A stretch of DNA of 35,314 nucleotides from Nemertoderma westbladi (lineage: Eukaryota > Animalia > Xenacoelomorpha): NCBI GenBank assembly GCA_032718475.1, contig JAUCBJ010005319.1:1-35314 (forward strand), written 5' to 3'. Position numbers and translations under genes: made by a program. Shown in pieces: positions 24,058 to 34,647 of the stretch. A model generated the notes under the pieces. That model was not told the DNA's origin, searched no databases, and saw only the letters and a list, made by a program, of their open reading frames with translations. Positions within the stretch are counted from its first letter, which is position 1; every line of letters starts with the position of its first letter.

Positions 24058-25955
24058 TAACCTGGTCCCTGAACAGGCAGTACTCTGTTAATCTACAGGA
24101 GCTAATAAACCAACAGGTTGATGCCATCAATGATGCTGACGACAGCAGGCAATCATCCCAGGCATGGAAATCAATCAATCTGCTTACTGGGCGGAAAAGC
24201 CAACCAACCACCAAGGTTAAGGCTGAATCACCAGCCGATCGCCTCAATGGTTGGAAACCCCACTTTGAAAAACTCCTCAATAATGACAGGGTATTGCCTG
24301 ATAATTTTATACAGTAGAAGTAAAAGTGTCTGAGTCTGTACTCCTAGATATTCCCATTGGCGATATCTCCTTTGCAGAAGTGAAGGCTGCTGCAAAGAGC
24401 ATTAAGACCAATCGTGCCAGTGGAGTAGATGGTGTTCCCCCTGAGGTCTTTAAAATACCTGAGTGTTTAAAGCTCATCTATCCCATCATAGTAGACATGT
24501 ACCGAACAACAAGAGTCCCACAAGAAATGAAAACAAATAAGTTGGTGCCAGTTCCCAAGAAGGGAAACCTAACACTCTATGGTTCTTTTCGGGGAATCTC
24601 ATTGATCTCGATTGCTGCAAAGCTATACAATAGGATTCTATTAAATCGCATCAGGGATCCCATTGAGAGACTGCTCCGTGGAAATCAGAATGGGTTCCGT
24701 AAAGGTCGTGGGACCGTGGAGCCCATTTTGGCACTTAGAAGGATAATTGAAGAATTATCAAAAAAGAAAGACAGGCATCTGGCTGTTATCTTTGTTGACT
24801 TCTTCAAGGCCTTTGATTCAGTCTCTCGCTCATGTATGTTCAGCATACTTTCATTATATGGGATTCCTGATGAAATTATTGCAGCAATCAGATCAGAATG
24901 CGATGGTTCGACAACATTTGTGTCTACTGTTGACGGTGACACAGAACCATTTGAAGTGTTATGGGGCGTCCTCCAAGGAGACACACTTGCACCATTCTTG
25001 TTCATTATTGTGGTTGACTATGTTCTACGCATGTCCTTAGATCATCATAATGATGATGGGGTGATGATAACTCCACCTACTGGCTCCAGAAGTTGAGGAA
25101 ATCCTGCCAAGTACCTAACTGATCTAGACTTTGCTGATGACTTAGGAGTACTCTCAGAATCATTAGAGGGAGCCCAACGGCTCCTCAGCTCATTAGAACA
25201 TGCTGCTTCTAGTGTTGGTCTTTTTATTAACTCCAGAAAGACCAAAATTCTGACCGTTAACTTTGAAAGTCCTCAGCAAGTCTCTGATCGGATGAGCATA
25301 AGCTCAAAGGATGGTATGCTTGAGCATGTGGACGACTTCTGTTACCTGGGATCATGGATCCGGAAGTCAGGTGAGGACCTTCGAATACGTAAGGGAAAGG
25401 CATGGGCAGCCTTGAATAGGCTTTCCAGGATTTGGAAGTCACCGAGAATTAATCGGAAACTTAAGGTCCGATTATTTAGAGCAGCAGTAGTTCAAGTACT
25501 CCTCTATGGGAGTCCATGCTGGGCTCTAACTGCTGAGGACACCAAATCTCTGGATGGCACATTCACAAGAATGCTACGCCGGGTTCATTGTGTCAAGTAC
25601 AATGCACACATCTCTAACCAGACACTATATAACATTGGAGGTGTCTCATTGGTTCCCCCAAGCTTGACACTAGAACAAAATCGCCTCCGCTTTGCAGGAC
25701 ATTGCTTTCGCCGTGAGGACCAGCCAGTGCATAATCTTGTACTTTGGCAGCCTCATGGAGTGAATAAGCATGGTGGACAGCCCATGACTTTCTTGAGACG
25801 CATCTTAAAGGACACTGGCCTTAAAGATGCGGATGATCTAGCAAATGTCATGGGTGATAGGGAGTTGTGGCGGTGCAATTTTGTTGACAAGCCGGCACAG
25901 CATTCTTAATAATGCAGCTGCAATGCAGCATGCCGATCCTAGTAGTATAGTTATA
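24058..25955 (+). mobile_element. 5'-truncated RTE-clade LINE (copy 2) with complete RT domain, pseudogenised
   Basis: RT motifs QNGFRKGR, DFFKAFDSV, GVLQGDTLAPFLF, LDFADD, GLFINSRKTK, FCYLGS, LLYGS, RLRFAGH. One in-frame TGA (25094-25096) and one 5-bp insertion (24312-24316). Short TAG-like tail and 78-bp flanking direct repeats. Confidence 0.95.
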
Positions 25956-26551
25956 GTGTACTGTCTGACTGTAGGTAACACGTTTGGTTAGATTTCATCG
26001 ACGATTGACTGAGTTATTCATATTTAAATATTCGGATCGACAGATAACGACATATACAGATTGAGATAGTGGTGTACCCGTATGGGTATATGCTAAGCTC
26101 GTTTACTTTTGTGGCTCGCCCCACAGCGGAATTACCCGAGGGTTCAGAAAATACCTCAAAATAATTATCTCAAAGTAAGAAGTAACTATAGTAGGCCTAG
26201 CTATCTGATTGTTTTGTACAACTCAAGGACCAGTACAGCAGTAGATCTATACAAGTACTGCAGTATTGCAGAACTGCTGAACTGCAGAAGGCCTACTGGC
26301 GTACAGGCGTATCAGCCTATTTAAGTACTGAAGTAACAAAGACAGACACATCCAGGTCAAGCTGTCAAGCATCCGGTATTCGGTATTATAATACTATACT
26401 TCGTTGTACTTCTGTACTTACAGACTTATACAGTCTGACAGTTCAGCAGTTATATTATATCTGTATCCAAGTATCTCTATTCCATCTCTATTTATCTGTA
26501 TTCCGGTGTATTAACTGTATTCGGCTGTTCGGAGTTCCGGACTAATTGATT

Positions 26552-26632
26552 ATGTTGTCGTTGAATAATAAACAACCATCATTGGCTGCCCAATTAGGAG
26601 TTGACGGCGGTGTTTCAGACAAAATTAAAGAG
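26552..26632 (+). CDS. PDXDC1: Probable first coding exon of PDXDC1 (MLSLNNKQPSLAAQLGVDGGVSDKIKE)
   Basis: ATG at 26552, 27 open codons, donor GAG|gttagt, phase 0 compatible with the next exon. No homology support for this segment. Confidence 0.55.
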
Positions 26633-27129
26633 GTTAGTTCTACTGTCAGATTGTGGTGTGGACTGTTCTACTGTTCTAGGCAGCTAGTACTTCTGTACTT
26701 GTACATATGTTTTTACTTATTACATCAGATATACACGGCATAATAGTTAGGTTGTTTTAATTAATTTTAAATATTGAATAGGCCTAGGCCTATCCAGCTA
26801 TCTGAATCACTATTTTTCATTAATATATTTTACTGCGATACTGATTTTAAGGTTCGTTAATCATGCAACAAATTAATATTTACATTGAATAGGACTATCC
26901 CCTATATACTTTTCAGCCTTTACTATATTTTTAACATTAGTCCTATCACCCTGTATCAGTTTTACATATATTTAAATATAATATTCCATATGGTCTGATG
27001 GTATTAACGAGTATAGTTGGTTATTGTATAAATTACTGTGTTATATTTAACTTAAATAGTAGGCCTATCAATTATAATTTACCCCGATTGGGGGTGTATA
27101 TCTATAAAAAAAAATATTTCTGTATTTAG

Positions 27130-27278
27130 AGTTTACTCGATCCAATATTGAAGGACGCCGACGACCAATGGCAGACGGTATTTAAAGACATCGAGAAACT
27201 CAGTGCGAAGATCGACGATGAGAAGCGACGAAAACTCGTGAAGAAAATCTTCGATATTCCAGAGATACTGGAAGGCAG
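27130..27278 (+). CDS. PDXDC1: PDXDC1 coding exon (SLLDPILKDADDQW...DIPEILEG)
   Basis: Acceptor tatttag, donor AG|gtcagt, phase 0-2. DP.L and DIP..L.G resemble the vertebrate PDXDC1 N-terminus as I recall it. Confidence 0.8.
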
Positions 27279-27739
27279 GTCAGTTGTTGCGTTTAATACC
27301 GGTATCCGATATCGCAGTAGTTACCAGTCAGTCGCAGAAAAGTTCAAATTGCAACTCAGTTGAATATATAACTTCTCCCCGAGTGATAGTCCAAATTTAA
27401 TTAATCCCAAATTTCCTAATTAGGCCTACTTTTCTTAAACAGGTACCGGTAGTCCTAACAGCAACGTGCGTCCGTGGCAGGGGTGGTGGTTAAAAGTAAA
27501 TCCTACTGTAGGCCTAATTAAAAACACAATTAATTCTGCTTTTTTATTCGTTGGTATTTAATTTATTACAAAAATATTATCCTCACAAAATGAAACAGGT
27601 TACAGTAGTTTGTTATCCTGCCACTACCGGTACAATAAAACATATTCAGTCACTAATTACACCTTAGTCTGTTAGTGAGGTTCATTCTTACTGTTAGTTC
27701 TTGCTGTTAGTTACTGAATATACATTGTGCTCCCCCCAG

Positions 27740-28229
27740 CGGCCGCACTGTGCAAGATGTACTCACCCACCTCAACTCTCTGGTCTTCCTGTCTGACTCC
27801 CCCGATGGTTTACCCACCAGTAACCCGTTGACGCTGGACGATGTGGGTCACCTCGCCATGGTTACCCAGAGTCTCTCCGCCTACATATCCTGTTTGCCGC
27901 CCGCGGATACCGACCGACTCTACGCTCGGGTCGTCTCCGACGTCACGCTCTGGATGAGTCGTTTATTCCGGTTCCCAGACAGTTGGGCGGCCTTCTCGGA
28001 GGACCCCACCCAGGGCCTCCTAGCGACCGCCCGACTGGCCCTCCACTCCCGGTTCGAGCGTTACGCCTCCGAGGGTTTCCACGCGATCTACGCACAGCCC
28101 CCCGTGCTGTACGTCAGTGCCGCCGCCCGGCCGGGGCTCGCCCGTTGCCTGGCCACCAACCTCGGACTTCCCATCGCCAACGTCTGCGTTATTCCCTGTA
28201 ACACAGTGTTCGGTTCCCAACACTCCATG
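27740..28229 (+). CDS. PDXDC1: PDXDC1 coding exon (SGRTVQDVL...PCNTVFGSQHSM)
   Basis: Acceptor tccccccag, donor ATG|gtgggt, phase 2-0. DVTLWMSRLFRF, PVLYVSAAARPGL and PCNTVFGSQH are characteristic PDXDC1 motifs. Confidence 0.93.
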
Positions 28230-28279
28230 GTGGGTTTATATGTATTTATTTATTTTACAGTTTACTATTGATCTTATGG

Positions 28280-29292
28280 GATTTACTTGCCGTAGGAATT
28301 TGCCGCGACATTCGGCGGCAAATCTATTTGCCGTTGCCGATTATTGAAACACTCAACATCAATAAATTAACATCCAAATCACCAAACATCCATATAGTGA
28401 GTACTAAAGCTAAAAATATAATGGAATAACAGCAAGGAACAGGGCTTTCGGTTTACCACATTTTAATCACTATTATTCTCCAAAAAGGTCAAACTTTATT
28501 CCATTTCTAAAATATGTCATCAAAAACTGGTCCTAATTGCCTTCCGCCAGTCACGTTTACAAAATATGTAATAATTTTTTATGGTGATGCACATTGATGA
28601 ACTCTAACTCAAAGTTTTGATAATTTATCTTGCCATTAACTGTAGTGAACGCTGTTAAGTAAAGTAATTCGATTTTCCGTTTGCCGCCGATCGTGGCGCA
28701 CATTGGCCGTAAGTGAAAATAGTGATCTTAAGCGCAAATTGACCGCAAATGAAATAACGTATCGTATAGTTTATTGTTTTGGTTAGAAAACACCGCCACT
28801 GTAACCTGCTCCTTTCCCTTAATGTTATTAATTAAATTAAACCAATTTTAAAAACCACTAAAATGTATTTTGTGTCTGCGGTCATTTCGCGCCATTGACT
28901 CGTTTGCCGTGGCTATTTATCGTGGGTTTCCATTCCACGGCAAATTCCTATTATAGGCCGACAATTATCTACGTTTTTGAAATTTTATAATCCTATGGTT
29001 CTGACATCAAGCTGTATCAGCCTATTGTATACATTTTAGTACCAACAATGTCAATGCCATGTAACCGTAACCACCATGTAACATTATTGCTATTAGCATT
29101 AGGGGCCTGAACATCAACACGTTTGTTCCTTGCAGTCATAAAGATATCGACCGGTAGCGGTCTGACAGTAGCAACTGGTGAATGCAGCGATGCATTACCA
29201 GAAATTAACATTCCCCAGAAATCAACCAATAGGGAATTTGCCGTGGAAATCCACGACATATTATGCCACGGCAAGTCCATTTGCCGTGAAAT
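28280..29292. mobile_element. Intronic relic(s) of inverted-repeat element(s) with a recurring TTTGCCG motif
   Basis: ccacggcaaattcctatt (about 28935) is inverted relative to aatagggaatttgccgtgg (about 29228), and gcgcaaattgaccgca is inverted relative to tgcggtcatttcgcgc. Boundaries and TSD unresolved. Confidence 0.4.
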
Positions 29293-29342
29293 AGTTCCAA
29301 ATTTACAAGTGCAACTTCCTTCTCTTCCGCTTTTTCTTCTAG

Positions 29343-29506
29343 GATATCTCGACTCTTGAGAAGCAAGTTGATGACGACGTGTCTGGGGGGCGGACCCCTC
29401 TGTTAGTGGTCGGGAATGCGGGCACCTGGTTGGCCGGACACACGGACAATCTGCATAGAATTAGACAGATTTGTGACAAACACAACATGTGGATGCACGT
29501 GGAGGG
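29343..29506 (+). CDS. PDXDC1: PDXDC1 coding exon (DISTLEKQVDDDVSGGRTPLLVVGNAGTWLAGHTD...WMHVEG)
   Basis: Strong polypyrimidine acceptor ends at 29342, donor GG|gtgagt, phase 0-2. Group II PLP-decarboxylase fold motifs P...AGT...G..D and WxHVxG. Not in the supplied ORF track. Confidence 0.95.
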
Positions 29507-29795
29507 GTGAGTCATCTGCGCTGCCTCTGTTACACTATAAATCTAATTGAAACTGAAACAAATTGAAACTTGTACTTCTATTATAGATTCATAATAGTGT
29601 AAATTAGTTAATAAATTTCTATAGAATTGTGGTTTTCATCAGCAAAATAACTTTTCACAGTGTTGTGATCCTCGCACATATATTTTAACTCACTCACTAG
29701 GCTCGTCCTTGTCAACTTTAGACACAAATGTGAATATTTAATTGTTGTATTGGCGACTATATTGAGTCTGTAATGTATTTATTAACATATTTCAG

Positions 29796-30111
29796 ACACA
29801 ACCTAGCGACTCTGTCCCTAATGTCGGTACCAACATCTATCCAACCAGCTATGACTGCCAACTCGCTCTCTCTGTCGCCCCGAATGTGGCTGGGTATACC
29901 CGGCGCGCCCTGCGTCACTCTCTACAAGTCTGTCAACCCCGCCGCTCAGACCTCCGCTGGTATTCTCCCATCCAACCAGCCACCTCTCTCCCTTTGGACT
30001 TGTCTGCAGTGTCTCGGCTACGAAGGTGTCTGTAGAATAATTCGCACCAATAGCGAGCTGAGTCTCCATCTCAGTCAGAAGTTAGGCAGTCACACTGATG
30101 TCCAACAAATG
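29796..30111 (+). CDS. PDXDC1: PDXDC1 coding exon (HNLATLSL...WLGIPGAPCVTLYK...LSLWTCLQCLG...HTDVQQM); the gene continues beyond the window
   Basis: Acceptor tttcag, donor ATG|gtaagt, phase 2-0. NLATL, WLG.P..P.VTLYK and LW..LQ.LG motifs. Confidence 0.93.
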
Positions 30112-33100
30112 GTAAGTTAGGCAGTCAGTCACACTGATTTTCAACAAACGGTAAGTTAGACAGTCAGTCACACTGATGTTCAACAAACGGTAAGTTAGGC
30201 AGTCAGTCACACTGATGTCCAACAAATGGTAAGTTAGGCAGTCAGTCACACTGATTTTCAACAAACGGTAAGTTAGGCAGTCAGTCACACTGATGTTCAA
30301 CAAATGGTAAGTTAGGCAGTCAGTCACACTGATGTTCAACAAATGGTAAGTTAGGCAGTCAGTCACACTGATGTTCAACAAATGGTAAGTTAGACAGTCA
30401 GTCACACTGATGTTCAACAAATGGTAAGTTAGGCAGTCAGTCACACTGATGTTCAACAAATGGTAAGTTAGGCAGTCAGTCACACTGATGTTCAACAAAT
30501 GGTAAGTTAGGCAGTCAGTCACACTGATGTTCAACAAATGGTAAGTTAGGCAGTCAGTCACACTGATGTTCAACAAATGGTAAGTTAGGCAGTCAGTCAC
30601 ACTGATGTTCAACAAATGGTAAGTTAGACAGTCAGTCACACTGATGTTCAACAAATGGTAAGTTAGGCAGTCAGTCACACTGATGTTCAACAAATGGTAA
30701 GTTAGGCAGTCAGTCACACTGATGTTCAACAAATGGTAAGTTAGGCAGTCAGTCACACTGATGTTCAACAAATGGTAAGTTAGGCAGTCAGTCACACTGA
30801 TGTTCAACAAATGGTAAGTTAGGCAGTCAGTCACACTGATGTTCAACAAATGGTAAGTTAGGCAGTCAGTCACACTGATGTTCAACAAATGGTAAGTTAG
30901 GCAGTCAGTCACACTGATGTTCAACAAATGGTAAGTTAGGCAGTCAGTCACACTGATGTTCAACAAATGGTAAGTTAGACAGTCAGTCACACTGATGTTC
31001 AACAAATGGTAAGTTAGGCAGTCAGTCACACTGATGTTCAACAAATGGTAAGTTAGGCAGTCAGTCACACTGATGTTCAACAAATGGTAAGTTAGGCAGT
31101 CAGTCACACTGATGTTCAACAAATGGTAAGTTAGGCAGTCAGTCACACTGATGTTCAACAAATGGTAAGTTAGGCAGTCAGTCACACTGATGTTCAACAA
31201 ATGGTAAGTTAGGCAGTCAGTCACACTGATGTTCAACAAATGGTAAGTTAGGCAGTCAGTCACACTGATGTTCAACAAATGGTAAGTTAGACAGTCAGTC
31301 ACACTGATGTTCAACAAATGGTAAGTTAGGCAGTCAGTCACACTGATGTTCAACAAATGGTAAGTTAGGCAGTCAGTCACACTGATGTTCAACAAATGGT
31401 AAGTTAGGCAGTCAGTCACACTGATGTTCAACAAACGGTAAGTTAGACAGTCAGTCACACTGATGTTCAACAAACGGTAAGTTAGGCAGTCAGTCACACT
31501 GATGTTCAACAAATGGTAAGTTAGGCAGTCAGTCACACTGATGTTCAACAAATGGTAAGTTAGGCAGTCAGTCACACTGATGTTCAACAAATGGTAAGTT
31601 AGGCAGTCAGTCACACTGATGTTCAACAAACGGTAAGTTAGGCAGTCAGTCACACTGATGTTCAACAAATGGTAAGTTAGGCAGTCAGTCACACTGATGT
31701 TCAACAAATGGTAAGTTAGGCAGTCAGTCACACTGATGTTCAACAAATGGTAAGTTAGGCAGTCAGTCACACTGATGTTCAACAAATGGTAAGTTAGGCA
31801 GTCAGTCACACTGATGTTCAACAAATGGTAAGTTAGGCAGTCAGTCACACTGATGTTCAACAAATGGTAAGTTAGGCAGTCAGTCACACTGATGTTCAAC
31901 AAATGGTAAGTTAGGCAGTCAGTCACACTGATGTTCAACAAATGGTAAGTTAGGCAGTCAGTCACACTGATGTTCAACAAATGGTAAGTTAGACAGTCAG
32001 TCACACTGATGTTCAACAAACGGTAAGTTAGGCAGTCAGTCACACTGATGTTCAACAAATGGTAAGTTAGGCAGTCAGTCACACTGATGTTCAACAAATG
32101 GTAAGTTAGGCAGTCAGTCACACTGATGTTCAACAAATGGTAAGTTAGGCAGTCAGTCACACTGATGTTCAACAAATGGTAAGTTAGGCAGTCAGTCACA
32201 CTGATGTTCAACAAATGGTAAGTTAGGCAGTCAGTCACACTGATGTTCAACAAATGGTAAGTTAGGCAGTCAGTCACACTGATGTTCAACAAATGGTAAG
32301 TTAGGCAGTCAGTCACACTGATGTTCAACAAATGGTAAGTTAGGCAGTCAGTCACACTGATGTTCAACAAATGGTAAGTTAGGCAGTCAGTCACACTGAT
32401 GTTCAACAAATGGTAAGTTAGGCAGTCAGTCACACTGATGTTCAACAAATGGTAAGTTAGACAGTCAGTCACACTGATGTTCAACAAACGGTAAGTTAGG
32501 CAGTCAGTCACACTGATGTTCAACAAACGGTAAGTTAGGCAGTCAGTCACACTGATGTTCAACAAATGGTAAGTTAGGCAGTCAGTCACACTGATGTCCA
32601 ACAAATGGTAAGTTAGGCAGTCAGTCACACTGATTTTCAACAAACGGTAAGTTAGACAGTCAGTCACACTGATGTTCAACAAACGGTAAGTTAGGCAGTC
32701 AGTCACACTGATGTCCAACAAATGGTAAGTTAGGCAGTCAGTCACACTGATTTTCAACAAACGGTAAGTTAGGCAGTCAGTCACACTGATGTTCAACAAA
32801 TGGTAAGTTAGGCAGTCAGTCACACTGATGTTCAACAAATGGTAAGTTAGGCAGTCAGTCACACTGATGTTCAACAAATGGTAAGTTAGGCAGTCAGTCA
32901 CACTGATGTTCAACAAATGGTAAGTTAGGCAGTCAGTCACACTGATGTTCAACAAATGGTAAGTTAGGCAGTCAGTCACACTGATGTTCAACAAATGGTA
33001 AGTTAGACAGTCAGTCACACTGATGTTCAACAAATGGTAAGTTAGGCAGTCAGTCACACTGATGTTCAACAAATGGTAAGTTAGGCAGTCAGTCACACTG

Positions 33101-34110
33101 ATGTTCAACAAATGGTAAGTTAGACAGTCAGTCACACTGATGTTCAACAAACGGTAAGTTAGGCAGTCAGTCACACTGATGTTCAACAAATGGTAAGTTA
33201 GGCAGTCAGTCACACTGATGTTCAACAAATGGTAAGTTAGGCAGTCAGTCACACTGATGTTCAACAAATGGTAAGTTAGGCAGTCAGTCACACTGATGTT
33301 CAACAAATGGTAAGTTAGGCAGTCAGTCACACTGATGTTCAACAAATGGTAAGTTAGGCAGTCAGTCACACTGATGTTCAACAAATGGTAAGTTAGGCAG
33401 TCAGTCACACTGATGTTCAACAAATGGTAAGTTAGGCAGTCAGTCACACTGATGTTCAACAAATGGTAAGTTAGACAGTCAGTCACACTGATGTTCAACA
33501 AATGGTAAGTTAGGCAGTCAGTCACACTGATGTTCAACAAATGGTAAGTTAGGCAGTCAGTCACACTGATGTTCAACAAATGGTAAGTTAGGCAGTCAGT
33601 CACACTGATGTTCAACAAATGGTAAGTTAGGCAGTCAGTCACACTGATGTTCAACAAATGGTAAGTTAGGCAGTCAGTCACACTGATGTTCAACAAATGG
33701 TAAGTTAGGCAGTCAGTCACACTGATGTTCAACAAATGGTAAGTTAGGCAGTCAGTCACACTGATGTTCAACAAATGGTAAGTTAGGCAGTCAGTCACAC
33801 TGATGTTCAACAAATGGTAAGTTAGGCAGTCAGTCACACTGATGTTCAACAAATGGTAAGTTAGACAGTCAGTCACACTGATGTTCAACAAATGGTAAGT
33901 TAGGCAGTCAGTCACACTGATGTTCAACAAATGGTAAGTTAGGCAGTCAGTCACACTGATGTTCAACAAATGGTAAGTTAGACAGTCAGTCACACTGATG
34001 TTCAACAAACGGTAAGTTAGGCAGTCAGTCACACTGATGTTCAACAAATGGTAAGTTAGGCAGTCAGTCACACTGATGTTCAACAAATGGTAAGTTAGGC
34101 AGTCAGTCAC
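30079..34110 (+). repeat. 39-bp minisatellite (GTAAGTTAGGCAGTCAGTCACACTGATGTTCAACAAATG), about 103 copies, spanning the PDXDC1 exon-intron boundary
   Basis: Exact 39-bp period. The first unit overlaps the last 11 codons of the exon, and every unit carries AAAYG|GTAAGT. Confidence 0.98.
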
Positions 34111-34208
34111 ATACACTGATGTTATGTTCACACTGTACGTGTACGTAGTAAGTGGTCTAGCCACAGAAACATTCGAAATGTATAACGCTATCGGCAAGCA
34201 CGGGTGTC

Positions 34209-34580
34209 GGCAAGGTGCAATGTCTCAATGGTGACGGCAAGGTGCAATATCTCAATGGTGACGGCAAGGTGCAATGTCTCAATGGTGACGGCAAGGTGCA
34301 ATGTCTCAATGGTGACGGCAAGGTGCAATGTCTCAATGGTGACGGCAAGGTGCAATGTCTCAATGGTGACGGCAAGGTGCAATATCTCAATGGTGACGGC
34401 AAGGTGCAATGTCTCAATGGTGACGGCAAGGTGCAATATCTCAATGGTGACGGCAAGGTGCAATGTCTCAATGGTGACGGCAAGGTGCAATGTCTCAATG
34501 GTGACGGCAAGGTGCAATGTCTCAATGGTGACGGCAAGGTGCAATGTATCAATGGTGACGGCAAGGTGCAATGTCTCAAT
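34209..34580. repeat. 27-bp minisatellite (GGCAAGGTGCAATGTCTCAATGGTGAC), about 14 copies
   Basis: Directly visible tandem units with few variants. Confidence 0.97.
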
Positions 34581-34647
34581 AACCAGATAAAAGCCGCTAT
34601 CTTCAATCGGTAAGTTAAGCACCTATTATCCGATCCGTTCCGAGTAC

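Noticed and set aside
25094-25096. Programmed readthrough or selenocysteine at the in-frame TGA of RTE copy 2 (and the TAA at 13063 in the CRE-like element)
   Set aside because: Single-base nonsense decay in 5'-truncated dead copies is the simpler explanation, for example CGA to TGA.
23980-26033. LTR retroelement or TRIM with 78-bp LTRs
   Set aside because: The RT is non-LTR (RTE) type, with no TG...CA ends, PBS, PPT or integrase. The repeats behave as a TSD.
30082-34197. 1371-aa minus-strand ORF (YHLLNISVTDCLT)n
   Set aside because: Antisense reading of the 39-bp donor array. The unit demonstrably derives from the plus-strand exon-intron junction.
34161-34609. Possible next PDXDC1 exon containing (GDGKVQCLN)n and ending at cg|gtaagt
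   Set aside because: The frame is open and a donor-like site exists, but the acceptor lacks a pyrimidine tract and the peptide has no resemblance to the expected decarboxylase small-domain continuation.
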